Below are positions 18,500 to 30,645 of a DNA stretch of 64,000 nucleotides, one piece after another. Within the stretch, counting starts at the first letter, position 1; each line of letters starts with the position of its first letter. This stretch comes from Lachnospiraceae bacterium (GTDB lineage Bacteria; Bacillota; Clostridia; Lachnospirales; Lachnospiraceae). The DNA lies in assembly GCA_017484135.1 (NCBI GenBank), contig JAFUTQ010000066.1:754-64753 (forward strand). Direction: 5' to 3'. Below the pieces are notes generated by a model that made no database searches, was not told the origin of the DNA, and was given only the letters and a program-made list of their open reading frames with translations. The position numbers and the translations under genes are program-made.

Positions 18500-21400
18500 A
18501 TGAGAAAAAAAAGAGGAATGCGGATTCTGGCAGCACTGATGGCTTGTGCAGTATTTGCGGCATCGGCGGATACCGGGGGATTTGCGGTTTACGCCGGAGA
18601 GCCGGATCCAGTGCGGGGAGTGACGGACGGCGGAGCATCCGTGGTCGTAGAGGAACAGCATTATACCTCGGGGCAGGTGGAAGAGATTGCGGAGACAATG
18701 TTTGGCGCAGGCAGTGTTGCGCTGATTGACGGCACTGCGGAAAAATACATTGACCGGGTACAGCTTTCGAACGATGTGAAGTATGTATATGATGCGCTGG
18801 TAAACGGCAGTCTGGAAGGGGAGATCCTAGTAAATCCGGTTACCGACTTGAATCTGTTTCCGGCAGAAGACGGGAGCAGGTATTATGTCCTGAATCCGGC
18901 GGTGTCAGCTGTCAGTGAGACGGAGGCAGAGCAGAAGGAAAAGGAACTGGTAACGGTCTATGCTGCTTTTTTGCGGGATCACCCGGAGGTGTTCTGGCTT
19001 ACCGGAGAGATCACAACCCTCAGGCTGGGGGATGGCAGCACTTATCAGGTCTATCTCGTGCTGTGTCACACCGATGATCCGAATGGAACAAACAGCGATG
19101 TGCGTGATCTGGTCAGCTTTCCGGATGCTTTGGATACTCCGGCTGCAGATGCAATCACGGATGTGATAAAGCAGAGGGACAGCTATATCGAACAGATTCA
19201 GTCCGCTATGCGGGAAGAGATGGGAGAAGCCCCCACAGATCTGGAAAAAATGACTTTCTTTCATAACTGGCTGACCCACAATAATGTATACAATTCAGAT
19301 GACGCAGCGGCCACAGATGACCCGATGTATCGTTTGGCTCATCAGAGTATATCGGCATTACAGCCGGTGGGAGAAGACCAGGAAAAATTGGGGGAGAGAA
19401 CCCGCCCGGTGTGTGAGGGATACGCAAAGGCCTTTAAGGTGTTGTGTGACGCGGAAAAGATTCCGTGTGTGCTCATTAACGGAAACGGAATCGCATCTGA
19501 CGGGACATCCGGCAATCATATGTGGAATGCGGTACAGCTGGAGAATGCATGGTATGCCGTGGATGTGACCTGGGATGATCCGGTGGTGGAAGGACATGAG
19601 AATGAGTATGTGTCCGGCAAGGAAGGCAGCAGCTATTTTCTGGTCGGCTCTGACACCGAGATTGAAGACCGGAAATTTTGTGTGTCCCATGAAATGACAA
19701 ATGAGGTTGTGTCCGGAGAGGTGACCTTTACAAATGGTCCCACGCTCAGCACATCAGCATATGCGCTGCCGCCTTTTCGGACGGTAACGGTCAAGGTGGG
19801 AACACAGAGCTATGACAGCAATCAGACCTACCGCATGGCATATCAGACTACATCGCCCCTTTCCTTTGTGGTATCTGCCATCGGTTATGACGGAAACGCA
19901 TTGGATAATTCGAAATTGACCTGTGTCTGGAAAGAGGGAGATACTGAATTGTTAAGCGGAGCAGGAGAGACCGGCTGGACGGTTCCTGCGGGGGCAAAGA
20001 CGGGTACACATACCCTGCAGCTTACCGTATCCGCAAAGAAAACCGATGCTTCACTCTATAGTCAGAATACGACGATTCAGTTTACGGTGGATAAGGGAAC
20101 CCCGTCAGTGACAGCAATTGCAGATAAAACGGCAACCTACGGACAGACGCTGGGGGACTTTACGCTCACGACAGCTACCGGAGACACGCCGGGTTCGTGG
20201 AGCTGGGACGAGGGGGATACCGCCCCGGTCGGTGCAGTGGGTACGCAGACTCATAAGGTAACCTTTCAGCCCTCGGATGCGGAAAGCTATGAGAAAAAAA
20301 CACAGGATGTCACCTTTACGGTCAATAAGGCTACGCCGACGATTGCATTTGGCACCAATTATGTGAACGCGCGGGCTTATATTCCGGGGGAAGCCTTTCC
20401 GCTGCCGACAGAGACACAGATGTCCCTAAAAACGCTCTCATACAGCGAGGTTCAGTGGACGTGGTATGAGGGAAGCACAACCTCTGGAACCGTGCTGAGT
20501 CAGGCTCCGGAAGCGGTGGGAACCTATACTTTGCAGGCCTCCTTTGCCGGAGATTCCAACCGGAATGCGGCGGCAGCAGTGACAAAAGAGGTTACCATCT
20601 CGAATGAATCCACAAGGATTACTGTTCCCACAGACTCTTTCACGAAAGAATACGGAGAACCGGCTTTTTCGCTGGGCGAGATCACCAACAATGTGGGGGC
20701 GGCCATGACGTATGAAAGCGCAGACCCTGCAATTGCTGCGGTGGATAATTCCGGAATGGTAACGATCAAGGGAGTCGGCGCGACAAAGATTACCGTCCGG
20801 GTGGCAGGGAATCCGGGAAAATGGGATGCGGCGGAGAAGGAGATTTCCATAACCGTAAACAAGAAACTGATTAAGGTAAAGATTCAGGACGCGGGCATGT
20901 ACAAGGGTGACGGAACATTTCCGGAATTTTCTCTGGAGGACTATAAGAATTCGCTGGCATCGGGAGACACTCCCGGTGAGGGCATCACCGGAACGATTAC
21001 CTGGCAAGTATATGACGGCTCGACAGAGATAACGGATCCTTCAGGCATAGCAGCAGGAACGTACACCATAAAGGCAACCTGTACCGGCTCGGACAAATAT
21101 GACGTGACCTGTAAGGAGGCAACTCTGACGGTCAGCGCAGACAAGGGAGCGATTACGCGGGATACTTCGCAGGAGCTTACGAAAGAATACGACGGAAAGC
21201 CGTTTGCCCTGAGCGTGACCACAAATACCGGGCAGACTCCTTCGGCATTCTATCGGAAAGCGGATGCCAGCGACATGACGGTTTTTTCGCAGACCGGCTA
21301 TCCGCAGGACGCAGGAACCTATGACATTCGTCTGGCAACGACGGCCAATACGTATTTTACGGCAGCAGAGCTGATCGTAAGGAATGTAACAATCACACCC

Positions 21401-23707
21401 TATGATCTGACCGCGCATGCTTCCGATGTGACCATTACGCTGCCTGCTGCGCTGACCTATGACGGGACAGAAAAGAGGATCGCGCTGGTAGAGGGGTCTG
21501 TAAAGGCAAACCTTGCCGGTACGGAGACGAATTTGGCCACCAGTGACTATGATCTTTCCGGCGACCGGACGGCGACCGACGCGGGAACTTATACGATTAC
21601 GATTACCGGTAAGGGCAATTATACCGGCAGCAAGTCGGCAGACTATACGATTCAAAAGGCAGACGGTCTGAATCCGCCGGACAATACACGCAGTGTGGGG
21701 TATGACAAGCTCAATAAAACGCTGGGGGACGTTTCACTTCCTGACGGATGGAGTTGGGAGGATCCTACACAGCTGCTTACCGCAGGCGGAACCGTGACCG
21801 GAATCGCGGTGTATCAAAAGGATGCCCGAAATTACAATACCGTTTCCGTGGGTGTCACGATGGATCCAAAGACAAAGCTGACAACACGGCTTACGGCAGA
21901 GCGTTTCAGTTATACCAAGGCATACGGAGATGAACCGTTTTTACTGGAGGTCAGCAATGCGATCGGAGCGCCGATGACCTATGCGTCGGACAACGAAGCG
22001 GTTGCGTCGGTGGATGAAACCGGACTGGTTCGCATCAACGGTGTGGGAACCGCAAATCTTACCACATCGGTTTCGGATACGGAGGATTATACCGCAGACA
22101 CGCTGAGCGTTAAAATTACGGTAAAGAAGCAGACCGGCAGTATCGTGGCAGAAGTTGCGGAGTCTGCAAAGGAATACGACGGGATGCCGTTTGCGGTTGA
22201 TGTGACGAAAAACTCAGATGCCGAGCTTCAAGTTTCCTATAAGCCTGTGGGGGCAGAGGATTCGGAATATGAAACAGGATATCCGAAGGAGGTCGGATGC
22301 TGGATCATACGCTTTTGCACAGCAGAGACGAAGCTGTGTACGGCTGCAGAAGAGACGGTTGATGTTCAGATTACGGCATGTGATATTGCCGCACATGCTG
22401 TTGTGGTTACCGGCATTCCAGCAAATCTGGTATACAACGGAGAAGAGCAGACCGTAGACGGAGTGAAGGCCTCCATTACACTTGGCGGACAGATTTATAC
22501 GTTAAAAAGTGGGGAGTACACGATTTCCGGCAATACGCAAAGGGATGCAGGAAGCTATACGCTGACCGTTCAGGGAATCGGAAACTTTACCGGGCAGGCG
22601 CCCGCGGAATATGTGATTCAGAAAGCAAGCGGAGCCAAAGGTCCGGATAAAACGATTACAGTAAACTACAAAAAGGATCAGAAGGTCAAGGATGTTCCCC
22701 TGAATACTGGCTGGAGCTGGCGGACTGCGGATGCCCAAAAGGCACTGACAGAGGGCGGAACGGTTACTGCAGCTGCAGTTTATCAGAATGATGAGAAGAA
22801 TTATGAAACGGTTACGGTTACCATAAGGATGAATACCTGTCAGCATACGGGCGGCACTGTCGTAAACGGGCAAAAGGCAGCATCCTGTACCGAGGCGGGC
22901 TATACCGGGGATACCGTTTGCCGGATCTGCGGCAGGGTGATTCAGGCAGGAAGTGTGATTCCGGCGCTGGGACACAGCTATACCTCTGTGGTGACAAAGG
23001 AGCCTACGGAGGATGAAGAGGGAATCCGGACATACACCTGCAGCAGATGTCAGCACAGCTATACGGAGGTGATTGCGAAGCTTCCGGAACCGGAGATAAA
23101 CGGAATCTGGGAGTACGATAACGGACGCTGGTGGTTCCGCAATGACGACGGCAGTTATCCGGTCAATGGCTGGGAAAAAATCGGCAGGTACTGGTATGTC
23201 TTTGACGAAAATGGCTATATGAGAACCGGTTGGTATCCCGGCAATGGCGCTTGGTATTATCTGGGCGGTGACGGCGCGATGAAAACCGGCTGGATCAATG
23301 ACAATGGCACTTGGTATTACATGGAAAGCGGCGGCGCGATGTCGGTGGGCTGGAGACAGATTGATGATCTCTGGTATTATATGGATGGCAGCGGCGCAAT
23401 GGCAACCGGCTGGAAGCAGATCGACGGGGTATGGTATTATCTGAATCCGGGCGGCGCGATGGAAATCGGGTGGATCAATCAGGGCGGTACCTGGTACTAT
23501 CTGGAGGATGGCGGCGCGATGGCAGTGGGCTGGAGACAGATCGATGACCTCTGGTATTACATGGATGGCAGCGGCGCAATGGCAATCGGCTGGAAGCAGA
23601 TCGGCGGAGTGTGGTATTACCTGAATGCGAACGGAGCGATGGCTGCAGATCTTGATGTGGACGGCTATCATCTGGGTGCAGACGGAGCCATGCAGGAAAG
23701 GCAGTAG
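18500..23707 (+). CDS. Large secreted transglutaminase-like protein with Ig-like stalk and cell-wall/choline-binding repeats
   Basis: Same architecture as the upstream paralog (VCEGYAKAF, HMWN, VDVTWDD), plus a duplicated Ig-like/MBG-like stalk and 20-aa WYY repeats. Confidence 0.85.
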   Translation: MRKKRGMRILAALMACAVFAASADTGGFAVYAGEPDPVRGVTDGGASVVVEEQHYTSGQVEEIAETMFGAGSVALIDGTAEKYIDRVQLSNDVKYVYDALVNGSLEGEILVNPVTDLNLFPAEDGSRYYVLNPAVSAVSETEAEQKEKELVTVYAAFLRDHPEVFWLTGEITTLRLGDGSTYQVYLVLCHTDDPNGTNSDVRDLVSFPDALDTPAADAITDVIKQRDSYIEQIQSAMREEMGEAPTDLEKMTFFHNWLTHNNVYNSDDAAATDDPMYRLAHQSISALQPVGEDQEKLGERTRPVCEGYAKAFKVLCDAEKIPCVLINGNGIASDGTSGNHMWNAVQLENAWYAVDVTWDDPVVEGHENEYVSGKEGSSYFLVGSDTEIEDRKFCVSHEMTNEVVSGEVTFTNGPTLSTSAYALPPFRTVTVKVGTQSYDSNQTYRMAYQTTSPLSFVVSAIGYDGNALDNSKLTCVWKEGDTELLSGAGETGWTVPAGAKTGTHTLQLTVSAKKTDASLYSQNTTIQFTVDKGTPSVTAIADKTATYGQTLGDFTLTTATGDTPGSWSWDEGDTAPVGAVGTQTHKVTFQPSDAESYEKKTQDVTFTVNKATPTIAFGTNYVNARAYIPGEAFPLPTETQMSLKTLSYSEVQWTWYEGSTTSGTVLSQAPEAVGTYTLQASFAGDSNRNAAAAVTKEVTISNESTRITVPTDSFTKEYGEPAFSLGEITNNVGAAMTYESADPAIAAVDNSGMVTIKGVGATKITVRVAGNPGKWDAAEKEISITVNKKLIKVKIQDAGMYKGDGTFPEFSLEDYKNSLASGDTPGEGITGTITWQVYDGSTEITDPSGIAAGTYTIKATCTGSDKYDVTCKEATLTVSADKGAITRDTSQELTKEYDGKPFALSVTTNTGQTPSAFYRKADASDMTVFSQTGYPQDAGTYDIRLATTANTYFTAAELIVRNVTITPYDLTAHASDVTITLPAALTYDGTEKRIALVEGSVKANLAGTETNLATSDYDLSGDRTATDAGTYTITITGKGNYTGSKSADYTIQKADGLNPPDNTRSVGYDKLNKTLGDVSLPDGWSWEDPTQLLTAGGTVTGIAVYQKDARNYNTVSVGVTMDPKTKLTTRLTAERFSYTKAYGDEPFLLEVSNAIGAPMTYASDNEAVASVDETGLVRINGVGTANLTTSVSDTEDYTADTLSVKITVKKQTGSIVAEVAESAKEYDGMPFAVDVTKNSDAELQVSYKPVGAEDSEYETGYPKEVGCWIIRFCTAETKLCTAAEETVDVQITACDIAAHAVVVTGIPANLVYNGEEQTVDGVKASITLGGQIYTLKSGEYTISGNTQRDAGSYTLTVQGIGNFTGQAPAEYVIQKASGAKGPDKTITVNYKKDQKVKDVPLNTGWSWRTADAQKALTEGGTVTAAAVYQNDEKNYETVTVTIRMNTCQHTGGTVVNGQKAASCTEAGYTGDTVCRICGRVIQAGSVIPALGHSYTSVVTKEPTEDEEGIRTYTCSRCQHSYTEVIAKLPEPEINGIWEYDNGRWWFRNDDGSYPVNGWEKIGRYWYVFDENGYMRTGWYPGNGAWYYLGGDGAMKTGWINDNGTWYYMESGGAMSVGWRQIDDLWYYMDGSGAMATGWKQIDGVWYYLNPGGAMEIGWINQGGTWYYLEDGGAMAVGWRQIDDLWYYMDGSGAMAIGWKQIGGVWYYLNANGAMAADLDVDGYHLGADGAMQERQ

Positions 23708-23724
23708 AAACAGCAAGGTTTAAG

Positions 23725-23770
23725 ATGCCGGGGGCGAAGGGTTCTCTTCATGACCTTTTGCCCCCGGCAT
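23725..23770 (+). terminator. Terminator-like hairpin that is a collapsed copy of the four-way-junction element
   Basis: ATGCCGGGGGCGAAGGGTT...CATGACCTTTTGCCCCCGGCAT followed by TGTTTT. CATGACCTTTTGCCCC is identical to the copy A right arm. Confidence 0.65.
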
Positions 23771-23787
23771 TGTTTTGAAAAAAAGTG

Positions 23788-23816
23788 TTGACAAAGTCTT
23801 TGGATCGTGCTATTTT
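23788..23816 (+). promoter_or_regulatory. SigA promoter of the hrcA-dnaK operon
   Basis: TTGACA-17 nt-TATTTT with extended TG, just upstream of CIRCE. Confidence 0.75.
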
Positions 23817-23829
23817 AATCATGTGATGA

Positions 23830-23856
23830 TTAGCACTCTAATTCATCGAGTGCTAA
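23830..23856. promoter_or_regulatory. CIRCE element (HrcA operator)
   Basis: Perfect TTAGCACTC-N9-GAGTGCTAA. Confidence 0.97.
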
Positions 23857-23890
23857 CAAACAAGGCGCGTATCGGATAAGGGGTGGACGA

Positions 23891-24937
23891 ATGAACGGAA
23901 ACGAATTGGATGAGCGAAAAACAACCATTTTAAAGGCGATCATTCGCAATTATTTGGAAACAGGAGAGCCGGTAGGTTCCCGCACGATTTCTAAGTACAC
24001 CGATCTGAATCTCAGTTCCGCGACGATCCGAAATGAAATGTCTGATCTGGAGGAAATGGGCTATATCCTACAGCCCCACACTTCGGCAGGACGGATTCCT
24101 TCGGATAAGGGCTATCGCTTCTATGTGGATCAGCTGATGGCAGAGCGGGATCATGAGGTATCGCAGATGAAGGAGTTTGTCATTGAGCAGACCGAAAAGG
24201 TAGATCGTGTCCTGCAGCAGGTGGCAAAGCTTCTGGCAGTGAATACCAACTATGCAACCATGGTTACCGCACCACAGGGAAATCATGGAAAGGTAAAGTT
24301 TATACAGCTGTCCAATGTGGATGAGCACCATATTCTTTCGGTTGTGGTGCTGGACGGAAATCTTGTGAAAAATAAAATGATCACGGTAGAGGAACCGATT
24401 GACAACGAGGATATGCTGAAACTGAACATGCTGCTGAATACCAGTCTTACCGGATTATCCATTCCGGAGATCAATCTGGGAACGATTGCAATTCTGAAGG
24501 AAAAGGCAGGCATTCATTCACAGGTCGTCAGCGATGTGTTGGATGGCGTAGCGGAGGCAATCAGTGAAGGAGAGGATTTGCAGATCTACACCAGTGGCGT
24601 GACGAATTTCCTAAAGTATCCGGAGCTGTCAGATTCGGAAAGAGCCAGTGAGCTTTTGCATACCTTTGAGGAAAAGCAGGAGCTGGTAAATCTGATTACG
24701 GATAAGCTGGGAGATGAAAACAGCACCGGTATTCAGGTATACATCGGTGATGAATCTCCGATTCAGACGATGAAGGACTGCAGCGTAGTGACTGCGACAT
24801 ACGAGCTGGGGGAGGGAGTGAAGGGAACGATTGGGATTATAGGACCCAAACGAATGGACTATGAGAATGTCATGGACAATCTGAAAAGCCTGAAATCACA
24901 ACTGGATGATATCTTAAAAAAGGCGAAGGAGACATAA
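23891..24937 (+). CDS. hrcA: Heat-inducible transcription repressor HrcA
   Basis: EPVGSRTI, SSATIRNEMSDLE, QPHTSAGRIPSDKGYRFYVD, GIIGPKRMDY. Confidence 0.98.
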   Translation: MNGNELDERKTTILKAIIRNYLETGEPVGSRTISKYTDLNLSSATIRNEMSDLEEMGYILQPHTSAGRIPSDKGYRFYVDQLMAERDHEVSQMKEFVIEQTEKVDRVLQQVAKLLAVNTNYATMVTAPQGNHGKVKFIQLSNVDEHHILSVVVLDGNLVKNKMITVEEPIDNEDMLKLNMLLNTSLTGLSIPEINLGTIAILKEKAGIHSQVVSDVLDGVAEAISEGEDLQIYTSGVTNFLKYPELSDSERASELLHTFEEKQELVNLITDKLGDENSTGIQVYIGDESPIQTMKDCSVVTATYELGEGVKGTIGIIGPKRMDYENVMDNLKSLKSQLDDILKKAKET

Positions 24938-24996
24938 GAAGATCCGGGACACAAAATAAGACAGCACGGGTCATGAAATGAAGAGGTGATAGAAAA

Positions 24997-25650
24997 GTGG
25001 CAGATTTGGAAGAAGAATTGAAAGCGGAAGATGAAGGAAAGACCGCAGAGACGGAGCAGACAACATCTGAAAGCGAAGCACAACCGGAGCAAAACGAAAA
25101 AGTCGGTGATGCAGAGCAGGCGGAGGAAACGGAGCAATCCGAAGAAGCGGAAGAGACCGCAGAGGAAGAGGAAACAAAAAAAGGAGAATCACACCGGAAA
25201 AAGGAGAAAAAGAGCAAACAGGAGGAGCAGATCGAGGAATTAAACGATCGGCTCATCCGACAAATTGCCGAATTTGACAATTACCGCAAAAGAACGGAAA
25301 AGGAAAAGAGCCGGATGTTCGATATGGGCGCAAGCACCATCGTGGAGAAGATTCTGCCGGTGTTAGACAGCTTTGAGCGCGGGCTTGCGGCGGTGTCAGA
25401 GGAGGAGAAGGACAACTCCTTTGTGCAGGGCATGGATAAGGTTTATCGGCAGATGACCACAGCTCTGACGGAGGCGGGTGTAACCCCCATAGAAGCCGCC
25501 GGTGCCGAGTTTGACCCGGAGCTTCACAACGCAGTGATGCATGTGGAGGATGAGTCGCTGGGTGAGAATGTGGTCGTGGAGGAATTGCAGAAGGGCTATC
25601 GGTACAAGGATACGGTAGTTCGACATAGTATGGTGAAAGTAGCAAACTAG
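24997..25650 (+). CDS. grpE: Nucleotide exchange factor GrpE
   Basis: AEFDNYRKRT, FDPELHNAV, QKGY...VVRHSMVKVAN. Confidence 0.97.
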   Translation: MADLEEELKAEDEGKTAETEQTTSESEAQPEQNEKVGDAEQAEETEQSEEAEETAEEEETKKGESHRKKEKKSKQEEQIEELNDRLIRQIAEFDNYRKRTEKEKSRMFDMGASTIVEKILPVLDSFERGLAAVSEEEKDNSFVQGMDKVYRQMTTALTEAGVTPIEAAGAEFDPELHNAVMHVEDESLGENVVVEELQKGYRYKDTVVRHSMVKVAN

Positions 25651-25671
25651 CTTTGAAATATTGAAATATAG

Positions 25672-27561
<1,890 letters not shown>

Positions 27562-27574
27562 ATAGAGGGATAAA

Positions 27575-28753
27575 ATGGCGGAACAAAAAAGAGATTATTA
27601 TGAGGTCTTAGGAGTAGCAAAAAACGCAGATGAAGCGGCCATCAAAAAAGCATATCGTGTCCTTGCCAAGAAGTATCACCCGGATACCAATCCGGGGGAT
27701 GCCGAGGCAGAAAGAAAGTTTAAGGAAGCGTCTGAGGCCTATGCTGTTTTAAGTGATCCGGAAAAGAGAAGACAGTATGATCAGTTCGGCCATGCAGCCT
27801 TTGATGGAAGCGGCGGCGCCGGTGGATTCGACTTTTCCAATATGGACATGGGAGATATCTTTGGCAGCTTCGGGGATATCTTTGGAGAATTTTTCGGCGG
27901 CGGAAGCAGAAGAAGCAGCAACGGTCCCATGAAGGGGGCGAGTCTTCGGACCAGCGTCAGAATAAGCTTTGAGGAAGCGGTTTTCGGCTGCGAGAAGGAG
28001 CTGGAGCTGGTATTAAAGGACGAGTGTAAGACCTGTCACGGAACCGGGGCAAAACCCGGCACGAGCCCGGAAACCTGTCCGAAGTGCGGGGGCAAAGGAA
28101 AGGTGGTATACACCCAGCAGTCCCTGTTTGGCATGGTGCAGAATGTACAGACCTGTCCCGAATGCAGCGGCAGTGGCAAGGTGGTTAAGGAAAAATGCGC
28201 CAGCTGTCACGGCACCGGATATATTGCCGGAAAGAAACGAATCAAGGTCAGCATTCCTGCAGGAATTGACAACGGACAGAGTGTCCGCATCCGTGAGAAG
28301 GGAGAGCCGGGCATCAACGGCGGTCCGAGAGGGGATCTGCTGGTCGAGGTTTTGGTGTCTTCCCATCCGATTTTCCAGAGACAGGATATGAATATCTATT
28401 CTACTGCACCGATTTCCTTTGCGCAGGCCACGCTGGGCGGGGAAATACGCATCAATACGGTGGACGGAGAGGTGCTCTATGAAGTGAAGCCGGGTACGCA
28501 GACGGATACCAAGATCCGCCTGAAGGGAAAGGGAGTTCCTTCCCTGCGCAATGCTTCGGTGCGTGGTGATCACTATGTGACGCTGGTCGTACAGGTTCCG
28601 ACCGGGCTGAATGAACAGGCAAAGCAGACGCTGCGTCAGTTTGATGAGCTTGCGGGAAACACATTAAAGGCGCAGAGTGTTTCTTCACAACCCAAGACAA
28701 AGAAGAAAAAAGGGTTTATGGATAAATTAAAAGAGACACTGGATGATAACTGA
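27575..28753 (+). CDS. dnaJ: Chaperone DnaJ
   Basis: J domain with HPD, G/F region, four CxxCxGxG motifs. Confidence 0.98.
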   Translation: MAEQKRDYYEVLGVAKNADEAAIKKAYRVLAKKYHPDTNPGDAEAERKFKEASEAYAVLSDPEKRRQYDQFGHAAFDGSGGAGGFDFSNMDMGDIFGSFGDIFGEFFGGGSRRSSNGPMKGASLRTSVRISFEEAVFGCEKELELVLKDECKTCHGTGAKPGTSPETCPKCGGKGKVVYTQQSLFGMVQNVQTCPECSGSGKVVKEKCASCHGTGYIAGKKRIKVSIPAGIDNGQSVRIREKGEPGINGGPRGDLLVEVLVSSHPIFQRQDMNIYSTAPISFAQATLGGEIRINTVDGEVLYEVKPGTQTDTKIRLKGKGVPSLRNASVRGDHYVTLVVQVPTGLNEQAKQTLRQFDELAGNTLKAQSVSSQPKTKKKKGFMDKLKETLDDN

Positions 28754-28800
28754 ATTCTTGATTTGCTAAGGGGGAGAATTTGAATTGAGTTGCATGTGAT

Positions 28801-28950
28801 GATGCGATTGGAGTGAAAAGGTGCACATCGTGAAACGATGTGCACACTTTGCGTAGAAAACGGATCGGAAAGCTCGCTTTCCGATCCGTTTTTTACGCAA
28901 AAAAGGTCATGCCGACTATGTCGGCATGACCTTTTCATTCCAATCGCATC
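28801..28950 (+). repeat. Four-way-junction palindromic element, copy C
   Basis: Outer stem GATGCGATTGGAGTGAAAAGG / CCTTTTCATTCCAATCGCATC with the same two small conserved hairpins and an AAAGC-NN-GCTTT central tip. Confidence 0.88.
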
Positions 28951-29118
28951 CGATCTCAAATTTACAACAAAGATTTTCAGCAGACCGTTCTTTTTTTTGT
29001 ATAAAAAGTACATTGCGGATAAAAACTACATATTGTACAATCACGATGTATACTTGTAATTTTGTCGCTATATGTTGTAAAAAAATGTCAAAAAGTGATT
29101 GACAAAGGAGCGTGTCTC

Positions 29119-29652
29119 ATGAAACAGCAAAACAATGCTGTATTAAATACGGAAGATGCATCGGAATTTGAGAATTGGCGTTTTCAGCAGACAGTGGAAT
29201 TAGAGCGTACAAGACGGAAGATTGAAGACGAGAAAAAGACGCTGGAGACAGCCAGACGGGATTTGGAACGTCAGAAGAAAGAATTTGAATATACCAGAAG
29301 CAATGAAATGGATCACATCAGACGGGAACAGCATCTTTTTGAAATGAAGTGGAAAATGCTGGAGGACGAGCTGCAGAGATTTGCCGCAGACAAGCAGCGT
29401 TTTGAGAAACAGAAGGCGTTTTACAGCAGGGTCAATGAGTATGAGGCGGCTGGAAAAAAGGCGACCTCTGCGGTGCTCAAGGGGGATCTTTTCTTTACCG
29501 GAGTCAGCACAGAGGGCTCATTAAAGAAACGATACAAGGATCTGATCAAGATCTATCACCCCGACAATCTGAACGGGGATACCAAAACCATACAGGAGAT
29601 TAACCGGGAATACGATGCGCTGAGAAAAAAATTTGACGGACGCAGAAGGTAA
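29119..29652 (+). CDS. Coiled-coil protein with C-terminal J-domain
   Basis: LKKRYKDLIKIYHPDN..GD...IQEINREYD. RBS AAAGGAG before ATG 29119. Confidence 0.8.
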   Translation: MKQQNNAVLNTEDASEFENWRFQQTVELERTRRKIEDEKKTLETARRDLERQKKEFEYTRSNEMDHIRREQHLFEMKWKMLEDELQRFAADKQRFEKQKAFYSRVNEYEAAGKKATSAVLKGDLFFTGVSTEGSLKKRYKDLIKIYHPDNLNGDTKTIQEINREYDALRKKFDGRRR

Positions 29653-29676
29653 AGACATAAGAGGAACAACGATAAC

Positions 29677-30636
29677 ATGAAATGGGACAAATATACGATT
29701 GAGACAACCACGGAAGCGGAGGAGCTGGTTGGAGTGCTCCTGTCAGAAACGGGGATTGATGGAATTGAAATTGAGAACAATGTTCCCCTGACTGAGGAGG
29801 AGACAGCGGGAATGTTTATCGATTTTCCGCCGGAGCTTCCGCCGGATGACGGCACAAGCAGGATCAGCTTTTATCTGGAGCATGGCAAAGATCACAGCCG
29901 AAAGCTCCGGGAGATCCGTGCAGGACTGGAGCGGTTGCGCGATGTGGTATCGGTGGGAACCGGAATCATTACCTCCTCTGAGACGGAGGATCTGGACTGG
30001 CTCAATAACTGGAAGGAGTTTTTTCATTCCTTCTGTATTGATGATCTTCTCATCAAGCCTACCTGGGAGGAAATTAAAAAAGAGGATGCGGACAAGCTTC
30101 TCATAGAGATTGATCCCGGCGTTTCCTTCGGAACCGGAAAGCATGAGACGACACAGCTGTGTATCCGACAGCTCAGAAAGTATTTAAAGCCCGGAGACAA
30201 GGTGCTGGATGTGGGCTGTGGAAGCGGAATCCTTTCCATCGCCGCACTCAAGCTGGGAGCGGCGGCAGTTGTTGGTACGGATATTGACGAGGTCTGTATT
30301 CAGTCCACGATGGAGAATATGAGGGTCAATCATCTGGAGGAAAGCGAAGGAAGCTTCTATGCGGGAAATCTGATTGATGACGCGGCGCTTCGGGAGCAGG
30401 TCGGCACAAACTGTTTTGATCTTGTGGTGGCAAATATTCTTGCGGATGTGATTATTCCGATGGCGGAAATCATTCCGGATCGATTAAAGGAGAATGGCAT
30501 TTTTATCACCTCTGGAATCATTGATTTTAAGGAACAGGAAACGGCACAGGCGATCCGGGAGGCAGGGTTTGAGATTCTGGAAACCAACCATCAGGGCGAA
30601 TGGGTCAATATTACCGCCAAAAAACAGGCAAAATAG
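29677..30636 (+). CDS. prmA: Ribosomal protein L11 methyltransferase
   Basis: IDPGVSFGTGKHETT, VLDVGCGSGILSI, VANILA. Confidence 0.96.
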   Translation: MKWDKYTIETTTEAEELVGVLLSETGIDGIEIENNVPLTEEETAGMFIDFPPELPPDDGTSRISFYLEHGKDHSRKLREIRAGLERLRDVVSVGTGIITSSETEDLDWLNNWKEFFHSFCIDDLLIKPTWEEIKKEDADKLLIEIDPGVSFGTGKHETTQLCIRQLRKYLKPGDKVLDVGCGSGILSIAALKLGAAAVVGTDIDEVCIQSTMENMRVNHLEESEGSFYAGNLIDDAALREQVGTNCFDLVVANILADVIIPMAEIIPDRLKENGIFITSGIIDFKEQETAQAIREAGFEILETNHQGEWVNITAKKQAK

Positions 30637-30645
30637 GGGCGAAAA

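Noticed and set aside
17255-18661. Long antisense ORFs (also 10412-11371, 22502-23716, 31615-32892, 40683-41891)
   Set aside because: They are shadows of well-supported sense genes, with no RBS or recognisable domains.
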